Positions 25,150 through 37,310 of a stretch of 64,000 bases of DNA are shown piece by piece; within the stretch, counting starts at the first letter, position 1; each line of letters starts with the position of its first letter. Source of the DNA: Balanoglossus misakiensis. Taxonomy: Eukaryota; Animalia; Hemichordata. The stretch is from NCBI GenBank assembly GCA_040954595.2, contig CM082597.2, positions 4,531,244-4,595,243 on the forward strand, given 5' to 3'. Under the pieces are notes generated by a model. That model was not told where the DNA came from. It was given only the letters and a program-made list of their open reading frames with translations, and did no database searches. Position numbers and translations under genes: made by a program.

Positions 25150-26600
25150 ATTCTGAAATCATCGGACTAATTACTCCACTCTACCGGCGGCGGTGGTAGG
25201 TGATCAGCCGGTTCGCTCCCCCAAGAACACAACGTTCTCAAACCGCGTCGATTTTCATTTTCGCAAACTGTTACTGTAGGTTGCTGACACGTGTAAACGT
25301 CATGGTTTCGACAAACAAGGCTTCTTTTCGGCCAAACGTTGGATACAATCTCGATTCAGTATACGATAGACATATATTAGCTTACGGGGAATCGATGTTA
25401 CAGTCCGGATAAGGTACTGTACCCCATACCACGCACCCTACCGCAAAAACACATCACATATCCGGTCTGACCGCCACCCACCAAAATGGCTGCTCGACGA
25501 ACAGACACGAAAAACAAAGCGAAAACAGACAAACCTATACAGGGTGCGTTTTGTACCCGCCTTTGTTATAGTTTTCGGAATATAAAGTTTTTTATGTGAT
25601 TTTTAACGAATACATTATACAGAGAGCAAGAAATTTAGGCGTGTTAGTTTCCGTATTTTCCCGTGTTTTTGATTTTATTTTTCAGACAAAGAAATAAAAC
25701 TTTTAATTCTTTGGAGAGAATGTGCAATTTCTTTTGAGTTCAGATAACGCCAGTTTAATTTTTGTTTCATTGAAGCAGACGATGTGCATTCGAAAGTTAG
25801 ACAACTTCGCTTGAAAAAGAAATCGTTGTAGTCAGTGATTTTCGCCTATGGTTTCCCCTTTTTATTTTTTCGTCTAGAATTATATGTATCTGCTTCCGAC
25901 GGTGCGTAGTGTACGCTTTGAACACTCGGGAACATAGCGGAGCTTGCGAGCGATCGACACTGGGATCCGTCCTACCGACGAAGTAGGACGGGAGTTCAAG
26001 GCCATTTCCCGTTACCATAGAGATAAGGTGGCGGTATATCTAGTTGAAGTATGCTGGTAGATGCGCCAGCATTTGTCGGATTTATTTTGAGCAAACTAAG
26101 GGCGACGGTGTTATAATTGTTTTCTCGAATATTCGCCCTGCGATTATTGGTTTTGAATCCTGACAACTCCAGAAATACGTCACGTTGGCCTCTGTCGTTT
26201 CAGTTAGATTTACACAACCAGCTTTCACGCAGGTTTGTGATTATATTTGTAGGAAAAACATGGTTTAGCTCCTTTTACAGAGGCGGGGATTAAATCCGAA
26301 AGTTAAAACAGACTTTCAGCGACCGTCATGCCAGGTACACGCCCGATTTGTTTTGTTTTTCGATCGACATTCTGGCGAAAACTTCTCTCGTCAAACATAG
26401 CAGACCATTCTTCTTACATAATTTTTACATTCAACTTCACCAGAGGAAAGTTTAGCTTGTGGCCAGGTGTAGCTGTTTTTGTGTGGAAATTTGTGAACGA
26501 ATATCAACCTGCCTGTCTGTCAAATGGATGCTAAAATCGCAGCCAACGTCTTGACGTCTCAATTACAAGATTGCTTATCGAGAATGCTGTGGGTCTGTAA
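25150..26600 (-). pseudogene. Capsid portal protein (UL6-like) remnant
   Basis: YRHLISMVTGNGLELPSYFVGRTD (cf. REHAHVCRLRNTASVKVLLGRKSD), then QIHIILDEKIKR..SLTTTI (cf. LVRLIINMKGMR..DINDTV), a zipper-like stretch, YMSIVY*IEIV (cf. LSRLWEQELV) and ATYSN (25270-25284; cf. ISYSN), all in the expected order. Confidence 0.62.
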
Positions 26601-27221
26601 AAAGGCTCGCTCGCACACTTTATTGTGATAAATCAATGTTTAAATTTCTGTTAGTGTTAATCAAGAGCAAAATTAAACCCTTAACTAATATATAAATACT
26701 GAAAGTAAACCTTTTTCGTTTCTGAATCTGTACGGAAGATTTTTATCATTATAGTCAGACGACCCTATGTCGCCCACCTTCGCGAAATTATGAATTTTCC
26801 TCGCACAAGTTACTTTTCATCGCCAAGTCATGAAGTTTACGACGTCTAGTCTGCATTACGTGTTGTCGTGGATACGACTGCCATCGTTGCGACGTTGTTT
26901 GGCTTTAAAAGGAACAGAAACCGATTTAGGTACACAAATAGGAGTATTTTGCGGGGAGCGATATGGAGATCGACCGGTAACGGTGACGTGACACGGCTAG
27001 CTACTCGCCCGTCTAACGGCTACATGTATCTCCCTATAGACAGTCCAGTAGGTTCTGCAATGGACCCGGCGAATCAATCATTGTGTGCGGAGGTCGTACA
27101 AGTCAAGAAGCGGTTAGGGACGACCATTGTGGTCGGGCTCTTGCCTGGAAATCATGATAACAGAATTGCTTGCGTTCGGTAGCAGCAGCCTGTGAGAAGA
27201 AAATGGTCCCAGTAAAACAAA

Positions 27222-28130
27222 ATGGCGTCTCTATACGCTGTCGTTCATAGCAAGTATGCAACACCTTCACTAACGCGAAGAGTAGTTATTTTTGCGATAG
27301 GTACGTTCCCGTTTTGATATAATTGGAGACCCTAGATTCAATAAACTGGGAAAGTGCACAATCTCTTGGTAGGTTATGCAGGGCTACGTTACTGCCACAA
27401 TTTAAAAAAAATACTCACCTCCCCAAATGAACAGCGATATACTTAATTTTGGCATCACCAAATTATCAACCCAAGCCAACATTTGTGATATTGCACGATT
27501 ATTTTCTGGTTCAAAAATATACAGAATTCGTGCATTGCGTCGAAATTATCGGAAAGTATGTTTTCAGTAGAATATATGGCAAAATGTCAAATGAAAACAG
27601 CGAAAGAAGCCTGCTGATTCTGTCATTCGGAGCATAATCATAATTGCAGTAGCCCACGTCAGGAGAATTATCCGCGCTCTTCGCCTTTTTGGGGGGAAAG
27701 TTCCCGCCATATTTATCAAAGTATAATTTTAAAGTAAAATGCCTACTTATGTGCGATTGTTATCGATGGGAGTTCGTAATATTATCAGGTGATTCACAGG
27801 TGTTCCGCAGAATCTAGACCGACGACCATGTTGAAGTCTGTTCGCCCGGCCGGGGTGTGGTCAGAGTCACGTCTGTCTGCGGTACAAAGTGGACCCTGGT
27901 CGACTTCAACACGCGCTGCTTGGGCAATGTCTGAGACCATTGTTACCCAAACTGGATGGACGCATTTAAAATGCTATAAATGTTAAATGCCCCTGGGCCC
28001 TATTTCGAAACAGAGGCGCTCGAAAACAAATTCAGGATCCGCCTAGCCTAAAATAGTCCTTACATCAGGCAAATGACAGAATTTGATACAAACGCGGGTT
28101 CTGTTCAGCCCATCTATAGTTAGCAGTCTG
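27222..28130 (+). pseudogene. Decayed viral ORF of unknown function
   Basis: A long frame from aaaATGGCG at 27222 with scattered stops. No family recognised. Confidence 0.35.
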
Positions 28131-28449
28131 ACTACATTGATCAATATATCTGTTATATTATTGATTTAATTTCTCTCAGGTTAATAGTAAGCATATTACC
28201 CTTTATGAAAATTAAATCCCCTTTTTTATTTTTGTCCCATTAACCCAGGATCGGCACTCGTATCTCCATTTCTGTATTAGATAGATTCGCTAATAATGTC
28301 GTCACTTCCTGTGTTCGCTCAAAAATAAAAGTTAAAACTAAAATTCTGGCGTTTTGCCAGACCAAGTAATAAATTAGACATTTGCCGTCCATTCAGTGTT
28401 ATCACGTTTTTGGATCTGTTGAGTCTGTAGATTCGACTGAAATCAGACA

Positions 28450-30900
28450 GAGCAATTAAAAAAACTCAAATGTACACCAAGGCGACACCCGAACTATTGC
28501 TGACAAAAACAACTGGATGGGAGTAGGAAAAAAATAGTATGCATCAATTTTTCGTTACATCCATACTTGTTGTCACTTCCGGTGCTGGAGTAAAAATTGG
28601 CGGTATTCGATAAATGAGGAAGATCGAGGTATGAAGATGAGCATTCATGCTTCATTCGTTGATGTGTTCTCGGTTGGAAGCCGATACAGGCGTCGCCAAT
28701 TGATCGGACATATTTACAGCTGAATAGAGTTGACCAATCGCAGGTCATCAGACGAGAAGGCTTCCTACAAACTGTAAATGAAACAGTTCACCTAATTTTC
28801 GTTTTACATTCACTGTTCCAGTTAAATATGTCGGGTTGTTTTGCCAGCGTGAACGTTAACTCCTGGTGGGGGTCGGTACAAGAGAGAGAATGACCGCGAT
28901 TCTGGTTCTGAGACCGAGGGAGTCTAGAATTTTGTTTCTGTTAGTGGTGGTCGGAAACTGCTAACAAATAAACCACTCCACAGTTTCCTTCTTGCGGTCG
29001 TTTATCAGGAAACAACACCAGAGAAATAAATTCTTCTGGGATCAAATCTTCTCTACGATTGCAGCTTGATACAAGCGCACGGTTATCACAATTTTCCAGA
29101 GATTGCCGATTCGACTTTTGACCAGCGTCACACTGTGTAAGATTTTCGTGGGTTTGTTTCAAAAATGAAGAAACATTTCTGGATTATTCGCGAAAATGAG
29201 TATAAAAAGTTACATGTCGTCTAGGAAGAATGGCCTGTAACCGCTCTCTGGCTATGAGTTAGTTTAGTGGCTGTTTTAGAACACTGTCTTGGTTTAGCAA
29301 TGGCGCCTGTGCATTATGCGCGAATCAAGTGAGTTCGATTAACATGTTATCGTTACCTTTGAAAGTTGAAAGTTCGAAATTGTGGAGGTTGTGAGTAAAT
29401 GTCTGCTGATTGTTGTAATATTGTTGACGTCATCATTTGTGACCGTATTTTTCTAGAGATCTGAAGACACACAAAGTTGTTCTCAGATAGTGTGGCACAG
29501 CTTAGCAAGAAATCCGCGTAAAATACTTGTCTACTTATTACCGAGCGAGAGTGCGCGATTATCTCCCACGATTGCCGGCTTTCGTTTTTTTTATGCCTTG
29601 GTCAGGTTCTTAGACAGAGACGTCGCGAGGTATTTTTGTTCAGGCAACCACATTAAACACCTCCCGTCTACGAGATGTCTCCGGTACGTCACGTTTCTGT
29701 CGAAGTGGATAGGCCGTGTACCTAATAAAAATCTGTATCTCTTGCCTTTTCAAGTCGTGTTTTTAAAGAAACAAAAGTCTACCATTACTGCAGACAATCT
29801 TCTAGCTCACGCAACTTTGAAACAGTTTTCTGGCGAAACGAGACTACATGTTAGGGAGAATGTCCCCATTGGCTCAGCTACATGTATCTGAAAATTCCCC
29901 GCCATTTTGTCTTCATTTGGGGGCTGCCGTTTTCGCGATAATTTTGCAGGTTGCATGAAATTATATAGGAACACAAAACAAACTTGGTATATTCCGCACA
30001 ACTCATGCCACTTCTGCAAAACTCTCGCCAGAGACTTGCACAAAAATCCCACTTTGAAGCAACCGAAGGACTTCAAAACGATGTAGGGGACCTGTGGGAT
30101 CGAAGTACCTTTTTGCGCACATTTTCTCTTGAAAGCAAAACATTTCGGATGTGATAATCGACGGCATGCAGACTGGAAAATATCTCGACAGACACAACCA
30201 CAAGAAGCACTGCATGTTCGTCAAAACCAACAAAATTACTCATTAAATGTAAAAGCATGCCACGGACTAGACTAACTAATAGTAGGCTACTTGAGTTGTA
30301 CTCGTTCGTGTACATACATACGAACACAAGCAATGCTGCTATATATTCTGGAAAAAAATTATGTTCTAAAATAATTCATGTCGGCTGAACAGAAATTTAT
30401 TTGCACTGTCTGGAAAGACCAGACCACAACAAGGTATATCGGGCTAAAAATCGACATGTATTGATCAGTGCCAAGGCGATTTGAACTGTCGTATTTCCAA
30501 GTTTGGATAATTTTCGTCTTATACCGTGGCAGCAGATAATCTTTAGTCTGCTCGATTAGAGAACTGGTCTTCTCAGCTCTGCAAACAATACAAGCGTAAC
30601 CCGTTCGTTATTTTCTGCAGACAAAATGTGTTGATTTTTCGCGCCACCGTTTCCCCGCGCGAACGACGACCGACATCATGGCGCTTGATTTGGGGATATC
30701 CTTGAACATAGGATAGAATCCACAAACTATTTCAAGTAAAACATAATTGTTAACCCTTGTTTCGGGCATTTTCTTGCTGATTCTAGAAGTAAACAGAAAT
30801 TTCAAGCTTCCTTCAAGATATAAAACCGATGGATAGGGCTGAATTCTGTGAACTCGATAGCCAAAGTTCGGGAAATGATAGCGACTAACAAGGCGTCATA
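28450..30900 (-). pseudogene. AEP-type primase (UL52-like) pseudogene
   Basis: RPFFLDD (29217-29237; AEP motif I-like). DHH*QKQNSRLPRS (~28953-28910; cf. D..VY...SLRLP). C-terminal CIGFQPRTH...YLDL...FYSSTGSDNKYGC (28691-28557) resembles the UL52/PrimPol C-H-C-C zinc finger. Confidence 0.55.
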
Positions 30901-31069
30901 AACAGTGTAGCTATTTGGGCTTTTGGGGCAATACTGAACTACACACAGTCTTTAGAAATAAATACACACAAGATGAGATTACAATTTCGGCAATCAAAGA
31001 CAGAAGTTGTTAAGACAATTTCGGTTTATGGTCACTTGTTACTCAATTAATTTAATGTATTTTATCGGC

Positions 31070-32330
31070 AGATAAAGATGCCTTGTCATTACGGAAATGA
31101 ACGCACAGTCGCCTGCCCTTGGCTGTCGTTCACAGTACAACACTGTTTTGACGTTGGTGACGGTATTTTTGGCTGCTCAAACAGACCCTACTCGCGCACA
31201 ATTGGTCAAATACATGTATAAGCAGCATTACCTGGTTCATGCAATAAGTATTTGATGTCTGAAGGTGACAGCTGTGGGGCAAGATCGCGGCGCCTTAATT
31301 TAAATAACCTTGCCATACAGTGCGCGCGCTTGGCAAATATCAACGGTCATTGCACTTTTCTGCAGACGACAGAGCAGGTTGGCAACATTTCATATCATCT
31401 TCTTGGCACGAGCGACGTGGGGAGAGCCGTGTGTGCTGTGCGGGCGCATGAGGACACGTATGAAGCGTTACTGCCTGTGCAGTGGCTGTCTAGGAATTCT
31501 TCTGTCAGATGCCAAACGCTAGACTTGCCAAACATCGTTACCCTTCGCCCAAACGACGGAATTAAATACTTACATTTCACGATCGCCTGTAATGTTTGTC
31601 AGGTCATGTTTAAGGAAAATTGAGGATGCCATGCCTCAACTTTAAGTCTAACGAGCTAATCCCAGATATTGACCTCGAAAAGATTTCCTAACAAATATGG
31701 CCGCTTCATTGGTCAGTCAATCGGCCCGTCCCAACCATTGACCCCGTACACGAAAACGACCATTTCAGCCGCCATCTTGATATCCATTTGACAGCGTGGC
31801 CTGACATATTCATCCGCGCTCAACAGCACAGATGTGGTTGACGCTAGTCGAAACGGCAAAACACGGCACATGATTTATCGCCGTTTTGGCGGGAAATCAA
31901 TTTTCGATGGAAAGCCCCATTTTCCAATATTTACCCCAATATTTGGCAGATTCTTTCAAGAATGCTAAAAAGACATTATTAATGCGAAAACATTTAGACA
32001 ACCAGGCGAGGTGTCCTTCCGCAAGTCAGAGTTGAGGGTTTATGGCGTTCTTGACCTTAACATACACAGTCAAAGCTATCACTACTTTCCCGCCATTTGT
32101 GATATTTCATTACAAAATCGACGTACATGTAATTCAAAGAGAACTCGCCAGATAATGAACGAAATTCTGGTGTAGTTAAACAAATACTAAGCATTTCCCT
32201 TTGATGCTAACTGCAAAAGGACTTAAAATTCCACATATTTGTAAGCCATGTGGAATTTTTGTTTACGAATATACGACTGCAAATCGACACAGGAAAATGC
32301 ATACGAATAATTATCAACACAATCATATTT
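31070..32330 (+). pseudogene. Putative capsid maturation protease/scaffold (assemblin, UL26-like) remnant
   Basis: A long + frame containing YHLLGTSDVGRAVCAV (~31390-31440; cf. DHRAGCEVGRVLAV), STLSLT (~31635-31652; cf. PSVSLA), and after a frameshift AASLVSQSARP (~31697-31732; cf. HVALC..GRR). Confidence 0.4.
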
Positions 32331-32334
32331 CAAA

Positions 32335-33150
32335 ATGGCGACCGTTCAGGCTGACATACTTTAGCAATTCAAGCGCCCGTTCTTACCGCTATCAGTGGAA
32401 GATGTTCGTTATACAAGCTAAACTGTCGGCGACGAAGCTACAAAAAGTGCGAGGCGTATGTAAGAGAGCGAGGCGAAGTGGGCAGAGATCGTGCTACATA
32501 AGGAATCAAACGTGGTCGTGACTTTGTATCGGCGTTCCCCAGCAAATCTGTCACCGTTTGGCAAATAGGCTGGCCTACAATACCTCCATGCCTGCTGTCC
32601 AGAGCTGCCTCGTAACAGACGATCGCGGTGTGTGCCGCTCGCTCATATAGCAATGCGCTTGCCGTTCGCTGCCGTGTCGAATAACTACTGGAACTACTTT
32701 CTTGCAGTTGACTGACACGTGAAGCTACGGACGATTCCAGGCTTTATTCAAATCGGCGCCCAAGGACATATTCGGGGTTGTTTGTTCGAAGGTACTAGCC
32801 CCTCTTCTCTCCTCCTGCAAGTCCCTCCCGCCGCGACACGTCAAAACTGCTAACCACAGGAAACCGATTGACGCGTGGAAAACTAAAATTGCCCCGCTCT
32901 CAACACAATCACTGCTCTGGAAGGTTCGACAACGACCGCCTCAAAATAACCGTACAATACTACAAATCTATCTGCTGTGGAATCGACCTTACTCATTTGA
33001 TTGACCTATGCGTCAAAATTAGCTCATGACTTCAGTAAAAAACCATCAGATTTAGTTGAACACTTTCAAATCAAAATCCAATACATTTTAGTACGCTTAT
33101 TTCGGAAATTGAAGTTTTGGGTTAATTATAGAGAACACGAGCTATAGTTT
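32335..33150 (+). pseudogene. Decayed viral ORF of unknown function
   Basis: A frame from aaaATGGCG at 32335 running ~270 codons with scattered stops. Not recognised. Confidence 0.3.
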
Positions 33151-34184
33151 TGGTCCGAGAGACAACATGATGTGGCAGAATAAGATATGTGATTTCTACA
33201 TAAAGTACATTAATCTAAAACATTCTTGACATACGTTGAAGTTGGAATAAATATACTTGTATCTGTGTTCTAAGAGATAATACCTCAAAAAGACATTCAA
33301 ATCAGTTACTGAAGGAGGGGATATTAAGCTTTAGATCGATGGTGCCCCAAAAGAATTAAGTTTTACATTGTAGACCTATTAAACGAGTTTTAAGTAAATT
33401 TAGTTTGTATGTCAACTGAATTACTGCAACCGGTGAACGTGGCCTAACTTCAATTCAAACCGTCGGTCGTCACGGTGGTAAACCATATCATTGTAATCAT
33501 GTGGTTCAGTCTGTCTGTAAGTACAGCATTTAAAGACTAGAATAAAGTAGACCATAAACGGAATCTTGAAAATGCGCAATGCCTTGCACCAGTTGAATGT
33601 CATTGACGTATGAACTGCATTGAGGTTTGGAAAATAATAGTTTATGTGATTGGGCGGTCAAATTCAAAATTAAGGAAAATCACCAAGTCTTTGTGGTTGA
33701 CATTTAGACTGTGCATGGTTTAAACTCGTCTAAACATACTGTAACTGGAAAAAATGATCACGCCTATAACTTATACTGTCTGACACTTTCTCGCCATTAA
33801 TTAATAGACATTTTAATTGTTGATCAATTATCTGAATAAAAACATTATGTTTACCGATCGCACCAGAACTGATAGTAACTTTCACAATTCTAACAAAATA
33901 CACGGTAAATTGTTATCTTTTCGGGGAAAGCCACATACTCCTCTCTGAACTATTATCGCCATTCCAATATAGTCTGGATCTCCATGGATGAGAAAATTGT
34001 TCCCACTTTCCATAGAAAATTCACATCCCAAGACTAATCTTTCACTTCAGATGTCATGAATAACGTATAAATAACCACTGATCCCTGATACTGTCTTAAA
34101 ATGTGGGGAGAAAGTATGTATAATAACATAAAATTACCCTTTTAGTTTATTTCGGAGAAACTATTTTACAATGTTGCGCTATAG

Positions 34185-35050
34185 TTGAAGATGTTTCTTG
34201 TTGTGTATGTTAATTGCCACGCCCATACATTGTACAAGTCTCTGAGTACCATCCTTATGCCGGGTGTCTACCGCATAGGGAAAATCGAATATCTTGTTAA
34301 ACTATTCGCAACCGATGAAGTCTTCGACGAGCAAAAAACTAAACAAGTTAAAATATCAATTTGTAGTTCAAAAATTCAAAATACTGCGCCAGTTTAACTG
34401 GAACATGCCATATATCTGACTGAGCGAATAGATGAATCATCATGATACAAGGCACTATACTGACAGAATTTATGTATAAACCATTGACCGAGGGAAAATA
34501 TGGTTGTTAGGCTGTTAAGAATGGATAAAATCGACAATCCCAAACTTTGTCATTGTGATTTTAAACTCGAGAAATTTCTAGAATCGGAACGAGCGCTCAA
34601 GCAGTCTGAACGGAACATACCACTGTGACAGTTCCCCTCTTTCTCAGCGGGAGACGGCATCATTTCAACGGGTTGTTCGAATGATGGTTTTCGCGTAAGA
34701 AATATGAACAGTCAACGCATGTTCCTTAGAAGTCGTGTTTGGTTTGAAAATGCCTCCTCCTTCAGAAGAAGTCGCTAGTCAGCCGCATGTGCATCATCGA
34801 CGCTTTCCCGAAAATTATTTTGTCAAAACGAGTAAAATTGTCAGTACAGAAATTCCGATTCATGTGGATATGTTTGTAGGAGCTGTAACTGCCCCGGTTA
34901 ATAAAATTGAGACTTACTTAAATTTGCGCTAATAGGTAAACAAGAATAAACTTGAAATAGAAAGGACTTGTAATAGTCAACTCAATTCCTAACTATATCC
35001 CATAAACGATTTTTCGTCTTTTGCTTTAAAATTTGGAAGCATAATCTTTG
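34185..35050 (+). pseudogene. Ser/Thr protein kinase (conserved herpesvirus kinase, UL13-like) pseudogene
   Basis: Subdomain II/III VYRIGKIEYLVKLFATDEVFDE (VK at 34296-34301), catalytic loop LCHCDFKLEKFL (HCD at 34551), and subdomain VIII-IX RRFPE...EIPIHVDMFVGAVT (VDMF at 34864-34875; cf. UL13 DVGLAVDLYALGQT). Confidence 0.7.
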
Positions 35051-36917
35051 ATATCGTGCATCAAGTAACTGTCAGACGAAAATATGGGCGTTCTAAAATC
35101 GATGCACAACCCGAGCAGCAAATCTAAGACCGGCACGACCAGCACCTTGATATGTGTCGCGATTTGCTCAAGATATAAAATAATGGAATGAAACTGAAGT
35201 CACCATTAAAAGTTAAATATTAATTATACGGTGTTTCGACGTAGATGGTTTTAATTCGTCCAGTGCTTCAACACGAATCGATTGCAGATCTCAAAATAAC
35301 GTACTGAATTAGTGACTTACCTGTACAACACTTTCCTCGAGCAAAGTTTGTCCGCCTCGTTTGGTAAGTGTGTCGGTATATTGTCTTCATATCAAGCACT
35401 GTTTCTTGCCCGATATCATATAGAATATTGAAATGACCAAAACGTCTTCTCAGTATAAAGCCACACGTTTGTCGAGAACTGAATTCAAGTCCGGACTTAA
35501 ACTTAAATTTCTTCCAAGGCACACTGCTGCATGCACAGAAGCGAACATTGTTTTTTTAGTACGGTTTGAGTTGGAACAAAAACGGAAACAGGGAGAAAAT
35601 TATCGCAAGGTTTACAGCCACAAGCAAGCGAAAATGTGCAATTGTTTTTCTTAAAAGTAAAATTGGAACTTTTTGTGATAATAAGATATTGAAAATAGCC
35701 TGAAAATAGTTTACATGTCACTCTATTACTTGATTATTTTGTAAAAATGCAATTCTAATTTTGCTACTGGAAAAAGGCAAGCAATTTGCAAAAAATGTCA
35801 ATAGAATTCAGTTGATTTACAAATGTATTTGATAATATCTAAATACTGATACGTTTTAATAATCAGCTCTCTGGAATCATATGTTCTAGACTCTACAATG
35901 CCATACACGCTGCACAATGTAGGAATTATAATTACTGCAATGGTGATTAGAAAGACTAATTTGTAGAGTGAAATAGGTATGTTCATAAATAAAACCGACA
36001 GACACAATCATCATACTTAAGTTGAAAAATCTTGACAAACACAAAATAGTTCCAACTATATTTTATATGCACAGACTCACCGTTCACCGACAGATAAATG
36101 CAACAACGATGCACTCGCAGGAAACATTGAACGTGAGCTTATAGGTTGCTGTTTGTCTTCACATTTCTGTTGTCATCTTTGACTGGAAATGTTTTCTCAT
36201 ATCACAGCCACAGCCTGGTGTCCACGACAAAATGTTGGACAATTCTCGCGAAAAGATAATAACAGAAGGAATATAGCGTGGTAACGACAAGAGAGCGGTG
36301 GAAAGTCAGAGGGAAATGGGGAATAGTAGCTTGAGAACTTACTGTCCCGTCTACATAACTGTTGCCTTATGCGTGCGTGTCTCGTTTGTGGTTGAGATAC
36401 ACTGTGAAAATCCAAGTTATGGTCATAAACATTATCATGACGTATCAGTCAGATTCTACAAAGGGGGTAGGGGTGCGATCACAACACGAATATCAATATT
36501 CTAGATGATATTTCAACGAATTACTATTACTACGCATGTGGATTGGAACGCAGGCGGGGGATATGGAAGAGGGGAGGTTAGAAATATCGCTTGTAAAATT
36601 ACACGATATTGGAGGGTTTCGTTTTGGTATCAATAGCATCGATTGATCTATACTATAACTTGCGCAAACTCAGTCATAACTTTTTTGAGCCAATCGCCAC
36701 TGCTGTATCATAACAGTCTGTCTATGTAAAGTACTGGAAAGGTCAGAGAAGAAACGGAGCATTTTTCATATTTGGTTAGCGGCAGAAAACGCGTACATTT
36801 GGTGGTTTCAATTTCATGTGATCATCTACAAGTAAAACAGAAAAACAGACGCAGGAAATCTGCAGTGATCACAGCAGTGTGATGATTGGTCGAACAATTG
36901 AAAATGAAGAAAAAAAA

Positions 36918-37310
36918 AGAATACAATCTTTCAATACAATTGCAAGTAGTTTTCTGCTCACATTAAGGAAAACTGAGTAATATTACATTTTGGTGTTGGT
37001 TTAGTGTATTTTACTTCAGAATACAATAGTTTAATACAATTGCAAGTAATTAAGGAAAACTTAGTAATATTACATTTTGGTGTTTTCTTGGTGTATACTG
37101 CACTGCAGAATACAATCTTTTAATACAATTGCATGTAGTTTTCTACTCAAATTAAGCAAAACTGAGTTATATTTCATGTTGGTGTTTTCTTGGTGTATAC
37201 TGCACTGCAGAATACAATCTTTTGATACAATTGCATGTAGTTTTATACTCAAATTAAGCAAAACTGAGTAATATTTCTTTTTGGTGTTGGCTTAGTGTAT
37301 TTTACTACAG
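36918..37310 (+). repeat. Tandem repeat, 4 copies of a ~100-bp unit (one copy 89 bp)
   Basis: Units start at 36918, 37018, 37107 and 37209 (agaatacaat...). Confidence 0.92.

Noticed and set aside
27836-27872. LFARPGCGQSH Walker-A-like string
   Set aside because: It lacks the catalytic Lys and any supporting Walker B, so it cannot be assigned.
36918-37310. Repeat array as a possible CRISPR or coding repeat
   Set aside because: The ~100-bp units are adjacent with no unique spacers, the context is eukaryotic, and no cas genes are present.
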